Virus record (IMG/VR): IMGVR_UViG_3300012971_000020
Span: 6,928-70,927 of that record
DNA from: a virus
Taxonomy: Duplodnaviria > Caudoviricetes
Length of the DNA: 64,000 nucleotides
Strand: one strand, 5' to 3'
In this document: in pieces, positions 47,254 to 57,394 of the stretch
Position numbering within the stretch: position 1 is the first letter of the stretch
Layout of the letters: each line of letters starts with the position of its first letter
Translations under genes and position numbers: made by a program
Notes under the pieces: model-generated
Database searches by the model: none
The model's input: the letters and a program-made list of their open reading frames with translations, nothing else
Told to the model about the DNA's origin: nothing

Positions 47254-47864
47254 CGGATCACCGGTGCCGGTGAGTCACTGCGGTTGACCACGGTGCGCTG
47301 GTTGCCGAACTCCTTGATGTGGTTGCCGGCGGTGGATCGGAACACCCTGATCCAGTCCGGGTTCGAGTGCGTGCTCGGAGGATTGTCGGGCACGAACGGC
47401 AGGTTGCGGTTGACCATGATGTTGTTGCCGGCGTGGCTGTCCAGGATCGAGATCTGACCGTCGTTGTGGTTGACCATGATGTTGTTCTTGGTCGTCACCT
47501 GGCAGATCAGCACGTCGTGGCTCTTGAAGACGTGCACGTTGTTGCCCACCAGCGGGTCGAACTTGCAGGTCGGAGGACCGATCTGGACCAACCCGGTCAC
47601 GCCCTTGGCCTGGATGTTGTGCGCGACGTTGGTATCCACTAGCAGGTTGGCAGCTCCGGCCTTGGCATGAACTCCGCCAGTGACGGTGACCCCTGCTGGG
47701 ATGGTGCAGCTCGAGCCGGCTAGCACGGTCACGTTGTGCACGGTGCCGTGCAGCGTGGTGTCGCAGTTCTTGACGTTGTGCCCAGTGGGGGCCGCAGTCG
47801 CCTTGGGGATGCACAGAACGATCGGGATCAGGGCGATCGCGGCCACGGTGAGTGTCTTGATCAC
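47250..47864 (-). CDS. Secreted beta-helix-like protein (moron)
   Basis: Signal peptide ending ATA-A; repeats GNNVHV/NNIMVN/GNNIMVN/GNHIK; opposite strand, with its own TACAGT-6-GTG promoter. Confidence 0.7.
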   Translation of the reverse strand: MIKTLTVAAIALIPIVLCIPKATAAPTGHNVKNCDTTLHGTVHNVTVLAGSSCTIPAGVTVTGGVHAKAGAANLLVDTNVAHNIQAKGVTGLVQIGPPTCKFDPLVGNNVHVFKSHDVLICQVTTKNNIMVNHNDGQISILDSHAGNNIMVNRNLPFVPDNPPSTHSNPDWIRVFRSTAGNHIKEFGNQRTVVNRSDSPAPVIR

Positions 47865-47922
47865 CTCGGCACTGTATGTGGTGTCCTGTCCCAGCGCCGA
47901 ATCACACGGCTAGCATTCCTCC

Positions 47923-49137
47923 ATGGTCTACGACCAGGCTCAAAGTCCGCGGCTTGGTCAACGTGTCCCCATCGAGTCCACCTACGTGCAGATGGTCGAC
48001 GACGAGAACCTGATGGAGTCGGCCTACCCGGGCCAGCTGATCTACCAGACCTCCACTCAGATGCTCCTGGTCTGGGACGACGAGCACGTCAATCCCGATG
48101 GCAGCAAGGGGATCTGGCTCGAGGTCGTGGGTGGTACCGCTGGACTGCTCACCTTCGTCGGTCCAGGAGCAGACAGCGGTGCCATCCCAGCGGTGACTCC
48201 GCCCACCTCGGGCAACACCGGAGACCTGTGGTTCGCCACCGACCCGGTGCGCTATGAGCTGGACACCTCCGGCGATCCGGTCCTGGACTCCGATGGCAAC
48301 CCAGTGGTGGTCTATCCGGGCGGACTGCACCAGCAGTACCGAGCCACCGGACCGGGCGCGAACAGCATCGATCCGTCCCAGCCGACCTACTGGGAGGCCG
48401 TGCAGGACGGCTCGATCGTGCCGATCGGCAACCAGGCGCAGGGCAACACCAACTCGATCTCGGACCTGTACACCCAGCTCTTCGGCACCAACACCTCGCT
48501 GGCCGCGGCCGAGGACAACATCGCCATGGTCGCGATGATGCACACCTTCGACACCGTGGAGCCGACTGCCGCCGACGAGCGGATGGAGGGCTCGTTCTGG
48601 TTCGTGACCAGCGACGACGGCACCGAGTTCACCGAGATGTGGAACGTCGTCGACGGCAAGTGGAACCAGACGGTCTGGGACGAGGACACGCTGGGCTTCC
48701 GGGATGCCACCAAGATCACCACCGGGGTGCTGGATGGGTCGCTGATCGCACCCAACTCCATCGAGCGCTCGATGATGGACGCGGACACCGTGCAGGCGGT
48801 GGAAGCCCTGACCGCCGGGGACCTGGTCAACATCTACGACACCGGCACCTACTTCGGCGTACGACGTGCCTCTGCGGCCATCGGCTCGGGCTTCCCGGCT
48901 CACGGGTTCGTGCTGGACGACTGCGCGCTGGGCGGGATGGTGCACGTCTACAGCTCGGGCTTCAACGACCAGATCAAGACCGTGCTCGCGCCCGGGGTGC
49001 AGTTCCTGAGCGTCAACGCCGGTCAGTGTGATGAGAGTCCTCCTCAGGCGGTGGGCTGCCTGGTCCAGAGAGTGGGGTTCGCGACCAGCCAGTTCAAGCT
49101 CAACTTCGGGATCTCGGTCCAGGTGCTGATCACCTGA
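47923..49137 (+). CDS. Minor tail or tail fibre-associated protein
   Basis: 404 aa acidic; leaderless TAGCAT-6-ATG; tail module context. Confidence 0.6.
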   Translation: MVYDQAQSPRLGQRVPIESTYVQMVDDENLMESAYPGQLIYQTSTQMLLVWDDEHVNPDGSKGIWLEVVGGTAGLLTFVGPGADSGAIPAVTPPTSGNTGDLWFATDPVRYELDTSGDPVLDSDGNPVVVYPGGLHQQYRATGPGANSIDPSQPTYWEAVQDGSIVPIGNQAQGNTNSISDLYTQLFGTNTSLAAAEDNIAMVAMMHTFDTVEPTAADERMEGSFWFVTSDDGTEFTEMWNVVDGKWNQTVWDEDTLGFRDATKITTGVLDGSLIAPNSIERSMMDADTVQAVEALTAGDLVNIYDTGTYFGVRRASAAIGSGFPAHGFVLDDCALGGMVHVYSSGFNDQIKTVLAPGVQFLSVNAGQCDESPPQAVGCLVQRVGFATSQFKLNFGISVQVLIT

Positions 49138-51458
49138 TGGCCATCCAGTGGGGCAACTGGGAGTACTCCGGCGGCAACGGGATGCGGGTCGGGGTGGACA
49201 TCAGCGTCGAGTCCTCGATCACCCACAGCGAGGCCGGCTGCACGTTCACCATCGACTACTACACGCAGAACCAGTACAGCTACTCAGACCCGCAGATCCT
49301 GCACTTCTCCGGCCAGATCGTCGACAACATGTCGATCAACAACAACGCCGGTGGTGCTGCGGTCAAGCGGATCACCCTGACCTACGTCTACAACTACGGC
49401 GCGCACGAGTACGGCTCGAGCCCCGGTCGACGGACCTTCGGCTGCTCGATCTCGGGTGCCTACAACGGGGTCACGCCGAGTGTGTCCGCCTCGGCTGCGA
49501 TCACCGCTCGGCCCTACGGCCAGCCCAGCGCACCGGACACCAGCACGTCCAACCTGGTCCACACCGCCAGCAACGACCTGAAGTTCACCTGGACCAACAA
49601 CGACACCATCGGTGAGCCGTACCAGAACATCAAGATCCAGCAGAACCGGGACAGCGCCGGCTGGCACGACATCGACACCGTCGGTCCGGGGCAGACCTCG
49701 TATACCGACACCGGCGTGGCCAGCAACCACTCCTACCAGTACCGCTGCTACGCCACCGGGGTCACCGCGGCCGGAGTGACCCCGGCAGACTCCGGCTACA
49801 GCCTTGCGGCCGGACCCGCCTTCTCTCCGCCGGCGGCTCCCAGCGGCTGTGCCTATAACAGCTCCACGCATGTGGTGAGCTGGACGAACAACACCGGCTA
49901 CTCCTACTCGCTGTCCGGCTTCCTGTTCAACGTCTACCAGTCCAAGGACCGGGGTGTGACGTGGACGCTGCGCGGCACGGTCCCGGGCAACACCACCAGC
50001 ATGAACGACACCGCGGGCTGGGACGCCACGGTGCCGATCCGGTATCGAGTCAACGCCGAGGTCGACTTTCCGACCTACTACTCGGCCTACTCCAACCAGA
50101 CCGCGGACACCGTACCGGCCTCTGCGCCGGCTCCCAACGCGCCCTCGCTGCTGGATCCCAACGGCCCGGTCCTGGACGGCTCCAAGCCGATCCGGATGAC
50201 CTGGAAGCACAACCCCACCGATGGCAGTGCCCAGACTCAGTACTCGCTCCAACATCGTTCGCCACCGGGAACCGGCACTTGGACCACGGTGGGACCGATC
50301 ACCAACTCGGTGGCTCAGTACACGCTGCCGGTGACCTACTCGACCGGGGTGACCGTCGAGTGGCAGGTGCAGACCTGGGGAGCCGGCCCGACCGCTAGCC
50401 CCTTCTCGGCGCTGGCCTCGTTCTCCACCGCTCCGTCCACGGTCACCAAGTACCCGCTGTACCTGAACCCGATCACCGGCGCGCTCGAGGCCGATCACAC
50501 CGGTGGCTCGAGCAGCGGTGGAGGCGGTGGCTACACACCGGGCACACCACCCAACGTGCAGACCTTCGGAGCAGGAACCTCCACCTGGACCAAGCCTGCC
50601 CAGGCGATCTGGGTCGAGGTCGAGATCGTCGGTGGCGGTGGGTCGGGTGCTGGAGCCGGCAACCCGACCACGAACAACATCTCAGCCGGTTCTGGTGGCG
50701 GCGGTGGTGGCTACTGCCGACGGATCTACGACGCCTCGGTGCTGGGCTCGACCGCGACCGTGGTGGTCGGCGCAGGAGCCAGTCCCAAGGCTGCCGGCAA
50801 CAACGACGGCAACGCCGGCGGGAACTCCAGCTTCACCTCCGGCACGGCCACGGTGCTGAACGCCGGTGGCGGTGGAGCCGGTCAGAACGTGGCCTCGGTC
50901 AGCAACAACACCTCGGGCGGCGGCGCAGGCGGGACGGCCACCGGTGGCCACGTCAACATCCCCGGTGAGCCCGGTGAGACGCTGCGCGTGGAGTCGGTGA
51001 CCGGGGACTGGCCGATCATCCTGTCCCTGCTCGGTGGGGCGTCGCATCTGGGCACCTACACCGCGTCTCCCGGTACTCCGCAGGGCTCCAGCGGTCGTAC
51101 CGCGACGCCGTACGGCTGTGGTGGCGGCGGCTCGATGGCTCGAGGCAGCTCGCCCGGTGGTCCGTTCCAGGGTGGCACCGGGACCGATGGCATCTGCATC
51201 ATCACCACGCACTTCAGCAACACCGGGCCTACTGGACCACAGGGCCCTGCTGGTATTCCCTACTACCAGACCTTCAACTTCGTCTCCGCCGTCACCACCT
51301 GGAACATGGCGCACGGACAGGGACGCAAGAGCCTGTCGGTCTACGCCATGGACTCTGGTGGCAGCCAGCTGATCGGGGATCTGACCTATCCCGACAACAA
51401 CAACATGCAGATCACCTTCGCCGCTCCGGAGAGCGGCACCGCCACTGTGTACGGATAG
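49137..51458 (+). CDS. Tail protein with FN3-like domains and a glycine-rich domain
   Basis: Trp/Tyr FN3 spacing (LKFTWTNN...YQYRCYA); VEVEIVGGGGSG...GGGGGG gly-rich domain. Confidence 0.7.
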   Translation: MAIQWGNWEYSGGNGMRVGVDISVESSITHSEAGCTFTIDYYTQNQYSYSDPQILHFSGQIVDNMSINNNAGGAAVKRITLTYVYNYGAHEYGSSPGRRTFGCSISGAYNGVTPSVSASAAITARPYGQPSAPDTSTSNLVHTASNDLKFTWTNNDTIGEPYQNIKIQQNRDSAGWHDIDTVGPGQTSYTDTGVASNHSYQYRCYATGVTAAGVTPADSGYSLAAGPAFSPPAAPSGCAYNSSTHVVSWTNNTGYSYSLSGFLFNVYQSKDRGVTWTLRGTVPGNTTSMNDTAGWDATVPIRYRVNAEVDFPTYYSAYSNQTADTVPASAPAPNAPSLLDPNGPVLDGSKPIRMTWKHNPTDGSAQTQYSLQHRSPPGTGTWTTVGPITNSVAQYTLPVTYSTGVTVEWQVQTWGAGPTASPFSALASFSTAPSTVTKYPLYLNPITGALEADHTGGSSSGGGGGYTPGTPPNVQTFGAGTSTWTKPAQAIWVEVEIVGGGGSGAGAGNPTTNNISAGSGGGGGGYCRRIYDASVLGSTATVVVGAGASPKAAGNNDGNAGGNSSFTSGTATVLNAGGGGAGQNVASVSNNTSGGGAGGTATGGHVNIPGEPGETLRVESVTGDWPIILSLLGGASHLGTYTASPGTPQGSSGRTATPYGCGGGGSMARGSSPGGPFQGGTGTDGICIITTHFSNTGPTGPQGPAGIPYYQTFNFVSAVTTWNMAHGQGRKSLSVYAMDSGGSQLIGDLTYPDNNNMQITFAAPESGTATVYG

Positions 51459-51467
51459 GACGAGACC

Positions 51468-53108
51468 ATGCCGATTACCTTCAGCTCTGCGGTGAACCTG
51501 CGAGGGCTGCCGGTTCAGAACATCGCCATCCAGCAGGGCGCGTCGAACCCGGTCACCGGCGTGCTGGGCCAGCTGTTCTACAACACCGCCGGCTCGATCC
51601 TCTACGTTTGCACCAACGCCACCGGTCCGGTCTGGACGGCGGTGGGCTCCGGTGCCGGCGGTCCGCCGTCCGGCACGGTCGGTGGCATCGACATCGGGGG
51701 CAGCTACCCGAACAGCCTGACCATCAACGGCAACGCGGTCACCTACGCCAAGATCCAGACGATGGCGGCAGCCACACTGCTCGGCAACTCGTCTGGAGCG
51801 ACCGCGACCCCGGGTGCGGTGTCCTTGGCTGCCGATCTGGGGTTCAACGCCGGTCAGGTCACGGTGGCCGCGTGGACCGCCGGTGATCTGACCAAGGCGG
51901 CCGGTAACACCACTCCCACCATCAACAACAACGTGGTCACCCTCGCCAAGCTGAACACCAACGTGAAAACGGCGCTGGATGGTGGCTCGGCTGGCAACAC
52001 GGCACCGGCACTACGCCAGCTCGGCACCTCCACCGACATGGCGCTGCCCGGGAACACGCCGCTCAACCTGATGGTGAAGGCCAACGCCTCGCTGGACCTG
52101 AACACCCAGAAGATCGTCAACCTGGTCGATCCCACCGGAGCTCAGGACGCGGCGACCAAGAACTACGTGGACGGCATCGCGCAGGGTCTGGATGCCAAGC
52201 AGTCGGTCAGGGCTGCCTCCACCGGTTCCAACCTGCCGTTGTCCGGTACGGCCGCACTCGATGGTGTGGCGATCGCGGTGAACGACCGGGTCCTGGTCAA
52301 GGACCAGACCACACCGCCTGCCAACGGCATCTACATCGTCGCGGCTGGTTCCTGGACTCGAGCACCGGACATGGATGTCTGGGCCGAGGTGCCGAGTGCC
52401 TTCGTCTTCGTCGAGCAGGGCACGGCACTGGCCGATACCGGCTGGGTGTGCACCGCCGACCAGGGCGGCACGTTGGGCACCACCAACATCACCTGGACTC
52501 AGTTCTCCGGAGCCGGTGCCATCCTGGGTGGCGCTGGTCTGGTCAAGACCGGTCAGGTCATCGATCTGGTGGCCGGTGACACCTCGCTGACGGTGAACGC
52601 CGATGAGGTGCACGTCAACACCGCGGTGATCGCCACGGTGGCCTCTCTGGCCTCGTACGTACCGACCTCGAGGACGTTGTCCAACGGCACCGGGATCACC
52701 GGTGGTGGTGACCTGTCCGCCAACCGCACGCTGGCGGTGGATACCACCGTGATCGCGCCACTTGCCTCGCCGACGTTCACCGGCACGGTCACGGTGCCCA
52801 CGCCAGGCGTAGGAACCTCGGCAGCGACCAAGACCTACGTGGACAACGCCATCGCCGGTGTCCCGCAGGGCACGGTCAAGAAGGCCGTGGTCAACCTGCC
52901 GGTGGTCTCCACGGCCGGCACCGGGGTGGATGTGATCCACAACCTGGGTAGCTACGACGTGCAGGTGATGTTCCTGGCCGGCGCAGTGGGATCTACCTCG
53001 GGTGCTCAGGAGTTCATGGCCTGGAACGTGAAGGACAACAACACCATCACGGTGACCGCCGACCTGACCATCCCGGCCAACACCTACCGCTGCGTGATCG
53101 AGACCTGA
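51468..53108 (+). CDS. Tail fibre protein
   Basis: DAATKNYVD, GLDAKQSVRAAST, DRVLVKDQT..NGIY, LASPTFTG, AATKTYVD motifs. Confidence 0.75.
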   Translation: MPITFSSAVNLRGLPVQNIAIQQGASNPVTGVLGQLFYNTAGSILYVCTNATGPVWTAVGSGAGGPPSGTVGGIDIGGSYPNSLTINGNAVTYAKIQTMAAATLLGNSSGATATPGAVSLAADLGFNAGQVTVAAWTAGDLTKAAGNTTPTINNNVVTLAKLNTNVKTALDGGSAGNTAPALRQLGTSTDMALPGNTPLNLMVKANASLDLNTQKIVNLVDPTGAQDAATKNYVDGIAQGLDAKQSVRAASTGSNLPLSGTAALDGVAIAVNDRVLVKDQTTPPANGIYIVAAGSWTRAPDMDVWAEVPSAFVFVEQGTALADTGWVCTADQGGTLGTTNITWTQFSGAGAILGGAGLVKTGQVIDLVAGDTSLTVNADEVHVNTAVIATVASLASYVPTSRTLSNGTGITGGGDLSANRTLAVDTTVIAPLASPTFTGTVTVPTPGVGTSAATKTYVDNAIAGVPQGTVKKAVVNLPVVSTAGTGVDVIHNLGSYDVQVMFLAGAVGSTSGAQEFMAWNVKDNNTITVTADLTIPANTYRCVIET

Positions 53109-54478
53109 TGCCGATCAACTACTCTTCGGCACTCCAGCTGCGCCAGATGGCCACGCCCGCGGCTACGCCACCGGCCTCGAGCACGTTGCTGTACGTCAAG
53201 AGCGACAACAAGCTGTACTACAAGGACTCCACGGGGACTGAGGCGCTGGTCGGGCCGCAGTCCGGTGGAGTGCCCGACCCGCTCACCCTGGGCACGCTGA
53301 ACGTCTCCACCATCAATCCGAACGCCGCGGTCAGTCCGGTCATCAACATGCGTGGGGCCTCCACCGATGGCAACGGCACCATCACCGGAGGCAGGACGGG
53401 CACCAACCCGGTCATCCAGGTCACCTCACCGACCAGCGGTACCAGCCCGCACACGTCCACGGCGATGGTGATCAGCGGCTCGGCCGCGGGGCCGGGCGGG
53501 TTCTGGTTCCAGTCCAACGGTCCGGGTGATGGTGCGACCCTGGCCTGGGGCAACAGCTCGGGTGGCAACCAGGGTCAGCTCAACTGCGACAACGGCGCGA
53601 TCACCATCAACGGGACCGGCGGGATCACCACCAACGGTGGCGGGGTCAACTTCAACGGCGGCGCGGCGTCCAACGTCGGCGGGGTCACCCTGAACGCCGC
53701 GACCAACAACTTCAACTCCAACGGCGGCAACCTGAACCTCGCCGGTGGCAACATCAACATCAACGGCGGCACCATCTCGACGGGTTCGAGCACCACGCTG
53801 TTCATCTCGACCCCGAACATGGCTGGCACGATGAACATCGCCTCGGGGTCCAGCATCTCGGCCCGGATCCAGACCACCTCCGGGAACTCGGTGGTCTTCA
53901 TGCCGAACTCGATCATCGTCGGGAACAACAACTACAACGGTGCGTCGCCCGGCCCGAACAACACCTCCGCGTTCCACGGCGAGCAGATCCACTCCTGGAA
54001 CAACGGCATCTTCCTGGAGGACCTGAACGGCGGCGGCGGCACCACGGCCAACATCAACAACGCCGGTCGCATCGTCCGTACCTCCACCGAGCGGATGAAG
54101 AAGAACGTCAAGCCGATGACCATGGAGGAGGCCAGCTCGGTGATGGGGCTGGAGTCCTACACCTTCCAGTTCCGCAAGACCGACGACGACCTGGTGCAAG
54201 ACCCGCGGCGCTATCCCGGGTTCATCGCGGAGCAGGGTGCCGAATGCGGAGCCGAGCTCTGGGTGGGCCGGCAGCACAAGGTGGAGCGGGACGAGGAGAC
54301 CGGAGCAGCGACCGACATCGTTCGGGACACCGAGGGCGAGATCATCTACTTCCGGACCGCGGACATCACGGTGGCGCACAACGTGCTGATCAAGGAGCTC
54401 TACACCGAGATCGAGTCCCTGGTCGAAGAGCTGGCCGAGCTCCGCGAAGAAGTGACAGCCCTGAGAGCATCGAAGTAG
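53108..54478 (+). CDS. Tail fibre/spike with C-terminal intramolecular chaperone (peptidase S74-like)
   Basis: Gly/Asn-rich shaft; STERMKKNV...FRK...GFIAEQ...LIKEL...coiled-coil end. Confidence 0.8.
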   Translation: MPINYSSALQLRQMATPAATPPASSTLLYVKSDNKLYYKDSTGTEALVGPQSGGVPDPLTLGTLNVSTINPNAAVSPVINMRGASTDGNGTITGGRTGTNPVIQVTSPTSGTSPHTSTAMVISGSAAGPGGFWFQSNGPGDGATLAWGNSSGGNQGQLNCDNGAITINGTGGITTNGGGVNFNGGAASNVGGVTLNAATNNFNSNGGNLNLAGGNININGGTISTGSSTTLFISTPNMAGTMNIASGSSISARIQTTSGNSVVFMPNSIIVGNNNYNGASPGPNNTSAFHGEQIHSWNNGIFLEDLNGGGGTTANINNAGRIVRTSTERMKKNVKPMTMEEASSVMGLESYTFQFRKTDDDLVQDPRRYPGFIAEQGAECGAELWVGRQHKVERDEETGAATDIVRDTEGEIIYFRTADITVAHNVLIKELYTEIESLVEELAELREEVTALRASK

Positions 54479-54486
54479 GAGGAGCC

Positions 54487-54819
54487 ATGGCGTACACAGA
54501 CTCAGCGATGGGGCAGTTCGTAGCCTCGATCCCGGACCAAGCCCAGACCCCGAACGTGCCGGTCGACCTGGGCAAGCTGGCCAACCTGATCGAGAAGCGC
54601 GTGGTCGGGATCTACGCCACGCCCGCTGCTCGAGACACGGCCACCGCCGGCAAGACGGTGCCCGGGATGATGGCGATCACCGTCGACACCTTCAGCCTCT
54701 GGTACTACAGCGGCTCGGCCTGGGTGGGCTACCCGGCCGGCTCGTTCGCGGTCCGCTACGGAGCCGCTGCGCCGGCCAGCACGCTGGGCAACAACGGCGA
54801 TATCTACTACCAGATCTGA
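54487..54819 (+). CDS. Small tail-associated protein
   Basis: ggagg SD; YATPAARD...GMMAIT.DT..LWYY.G.AW; ends GNNGDIYYQI. Confidence 0.6.
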   Translation: MAYTDSAMGQFVASIPDQAQTPNVPVDLGKLANLIEKRVVGIYATPAARDTATAGKTVPGMMAITVDTFSLWYYSGSAWVGYPAGSFAVRYGAAAPASTLGNNGDIYYQI

Positions 54820-54825
54820 GGTCCG

Positions 54826-55932
54826 ATGCCAGTCTGGGTGAAGGACGACACGGGCACCTGGCAGGTGGCCAAGCGCGTCTACCGGAAGAACAACGGGGTG
54901 TGGACGCCGATCACCGCCAGCTACATCAAGGTCGGCGGGGTCTACCAGCAGGGCTACCTGTACGACACCACGCCGCCGGACCCGCCGCAGATGAGCCTGG
55001 AGCTGATCGAGAACTTCGATGACAAGAACAACCTGACCCAGCGCTACATCAAGGTCGGGGTCAGGGCCAACGCCACCAGCAACGATCCCCAGCTCCAGCG
55101 GATCCGGGTGCTGACCACCTACAACAAGGCGGCTCCGACCAGCGCCACCGGCCAGACCCGGACCGAGACCCCGGACTCCGACTGGCCCAATGAGCGGTGG
55201 AGCGACTGGATGTACAACTACTGGGGCGACCACAAGGACACCAGCGCGTGGTCCTACAAGCAGTGGACGGTCAACCCCGGGCCGAACACCAAGATCCCTG
55301 CGGACACCGACTTCTTCTTCGGTGCCTGGTCGCAGGACTGGAACAACAACTGGTCGATCCAGTCCACCCAGATGAAGCTGCACACGCCCAAGCCGACGGT
55401 GGACACCATCCCACCGATCAAGAAGGAGTCCTACTTCTACCCCAACCAGACCGGCTCGTTCCGCGGTGGCGGCTGGCACGGTGGCGACCTGATCCAGCAG
55501 AACAGCCCGCGGAGCGTGGGCCTGTTCCTCTACGGCGCTCAGCTCACCCAGGCGATCGCCGGCAATGCCACCATCCAGTCCGCCCAGCTGCTGTTGATCC
55601 GGCAGGGAGCCAATGTCGACATCGGCATGCCCAGCGCTGCCATGCACCTGTTCTGGAGCACCTACGGCCAGCCGTCCGACCTGTCCGGGGTGACTAGCCT
55701 GACCCGCCATGAGCCGGTCGACATCGGCCCGCTGGACAAGGGCTCGAGCAAGTGGTTCGACCTGCCGCCTGCCTACTACAACGACCTGAACACCAACATC
55801 AAGTGCCTGGGCCTGGACTACAAGTCCTCAAGCGCCACGGGAGCAGGACCCGCCGATTATTCAGACGTTGTTTCCCAGGCGACCAACGTCAAGGTGGGAG
55901 CGTTGCATGTCACCTGGACAGTCCCATCGTGA
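54826..55932 (+). CDS. Minor tail protein
   Basis: VWVK...GTW...KRVY.K..GVW N-terminus; Trp-rich. Confidence 0.6.
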   Translation: MPVWVKDDTGTWQVAKRVYRKNNGVWTPITASYIKVGGVYQQGYLYDTTPPDPPQMSLELIENFDDKNNLTQRYIKVGVRANATSNDPQLQRIRVLTTYNKAAPTSATGQTRTETPDSDWPNERWSDWMYNYWGDHKDTSAWSYKQWTVNPGPNTKIPADTDFFFGAWSQDWNNNWSIQSTQMKLHTPKPTVDTIPPIKKESYFYPNQTGSFRGGGWHGGDLIQQNSPRSVGLFLYGAQLTQAIAGNATIQSAQLLLIRQGANVDIGMPSAAMHLFWSTYGQPSDLSGVTSLTRHEPVDIGPLDKGSSKWFDLPPAYYNDLNTNIKCLGLDYKSSSATGAGPADYSDVVSQATNVKVGALHVTWTVPS

Positions 55933-55958
55933 CGAGACAGAGAGGACACGATAGAACC

Positions 55959-56165
55959 ATGAGCGAGACAGAGCCCGAGGTCGAGGCCGAAGAGACCGAA
56001 GAGGAATACGACAACCCTGGACTCAAGGGGCAGATCCAGTACCCCGAGCCCGAGGTCGATGCCGAGCGGGCGGCTGCGTTCGCTGCGGGCCTGGTGGACA
56101 CTCTCGAGCCGGAAGAGGACGAGGGCGAGGCCGATGAAGGCGACGGTGAAGATGACGGTGAGTGA
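55959..56165 (+). CDS. Very acidic small protein
   Basis: MSETEPEVEAEETEEE...DGEDDGE. Confidence 0.55.
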   Translation: MSETEPEVEAEETEEEYDNPGLKGQIQYPEPEVDAERAAAFAAGLVDTLEPEEDEGEADEGDGEDDGE

Positions 56166-56319
56166 TCCCAACCCCGAGCCAGTGGGCGAGCCGGACGAGG
56201 TGACCGAGTTCGACGAGGAGAACGTCGCCGGTGACGAAGTGATCGAGGCGGACGGCTCTGACGACCCCGGAGAAGGTGGCAACACCGGAACCGAGGAGGG
56301 TGAGGAGGACGAGTCATGA
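56158..56319 (+). CDS. Very acidic small protein
   Basis: (M)SDPNPEPVGEPDEV...EEGEEDES; ATGA-coupled to the endolysin. Confidence 0.5.
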   Translation: MSDPNPEPVGEPDEVTEFDEENVAGDEVIEADGSDDPGEGGNTGTEEGEEDES

Positions 56320-56789
56320 AACCCGTCCCCGGACGTATCGCCGGCACGCCGTACGGACGACGCGGACCGTACTGGTCCTGCAACCGCGACAGCCGCGGCT
56401 GGGGCATCCACACCGGGATCGACTATCCGGCTCCGGTGGGTACCACGGTCGTGGCCGCGCGTGGTGGCAAGGTCGTCTACGCCAACCACGGTTCAGCCTT
56501 TGGCTGGCACCAGATCGAGATCCTGCCGGGTGACGGCACCCGGGACTTCTACGCCCACATGTCCAAGCGCAGCGTGCCCAACGGTGCTCGAGTCCGCGCC
56601 GGCCAGAAGGTCGGTGAGGTCGGGGCCGAGGGCAATGTGACCGGAGCTCATCTCCACTTCGAGCGGCACTCGGTCGCGGTCGGCGGCTGGAGCTGCGCCA
56701 TCGTGCGCAACCCGCAGCCATCCATCGACTACCAGCCTCCGGCGAAGAAGACCGCCAAGAAGGCGACGAAGAAGACAGCGAAGCGCTAG
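56316..56789 (+). CDS. Endolysin, M23 peptidase
   Basis: HTGIDY (HxxxD), YAHMS, HLHFE; Lys-rich PAKK tail; adjacent to the holin. Confidence 0.88.
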   Translation: MKPVPGRIAGTPYGRRGPYWSCNRDSRGWGIHTGIDYPAPVGTTVVAARGGKVVYANHGSAFGWHQIEILPGDGTRDFYAHMSKRSVPNGARVRAGQKVGEVGAEGNVTGAHLHFERHSVAVGGWSCAIVRNPQPSIDYQPPAKKTAKKATKKTAKR

Positions 56790-56810
56790 CTCAATGAAGT
56801 AGGTGCGGCC

Positions 56811-57029
56811 ATGGCCGTGTTCAACGGAGACATCGTCAAGAATGAACCGGCTCTGATCTCCGGTCTGGTCAGTGCAGTGATCGCGTTGGCCATCTCGTTC
56901 GGGGCCAGCCTGAGTGATGACCAAGTTGGCTCGATCATGGCCGTGGTCTCGATCGTGCTGGCCATCGTGGTACGGAAGTTCGTCACCCCGACCAACAAGA
57001 CTGCGGTTACTCCACCCACTACAGACTAG
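56811..57029 (+). CDS. Holin
   Basis: EPALISG.V.A...FG..LS.DQ...I...RKFVTP, two TMs. Confidence 0.8.
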   Translation: MAVFNGDIVKNEPALISGLVSAVIALAISFGASLSDDQVGSIMAVVSIVLAIVVRKFVTPTNKTAVTPPTTD

Positions 57030-57041
57030 TAGTGTGTGGAC

Positions 57042-57365
57042 ATGCCCAAGATCGTACGAGTCACAGGCAGTTTCGAACACAGAGGTCGTCCGGTCCAGGG
57101 CCTGGTCCGGTGCACGCCGGAGAGGCTCTGGGTGATCTGCGATCAGATCCCCTGGGCCTGTCTGGCACCGGAGGTCCAGCTCGATCATCTCGAGGGTCGA
57201 TTCTTCGTCAGCCTGACGCCCACCGACTCCGATCCGGTGCCCTGGTACTACGTGATCGAGACACCGGCAGGGGCGTACCGTCTAGCCGTTCCCTACCGAG
57301 CGAAGGCCTGGACGCTGAAGGAGCTGATCGTTGTCAATCGTCTTGGGCCGCGGGCCCCGCACTGA
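57042..57365 (+). CDS. Hypothetical beta-rich protein
   Basis: Leaderless TAGTGT-6-ATG. Confidence 0.55.
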   Translation: MPKIVRVTGSFEHRGRPVQGLVRCTPERLWVICDQIPWACLAPEVQLDHLEGRFFVSLTPTDSDPVPWYYVIETPAGAYRLAVPYRAKAWTLKELIVVNRLGPRAPH

Positions 57366-57372
57366 CGACGAT
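57331..57372 (+). pseudogene. Orphaned 5' end of the large terminase gene
   Basis: aaggag SD plus TTG; encodes MSIVLGRGPRTDDD, compared with terL MPIVLGRGPRSDDE. Confidence 0.65.
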
Positions 57373-57394
57373 CGGATTGCGGTTACTATGAACC

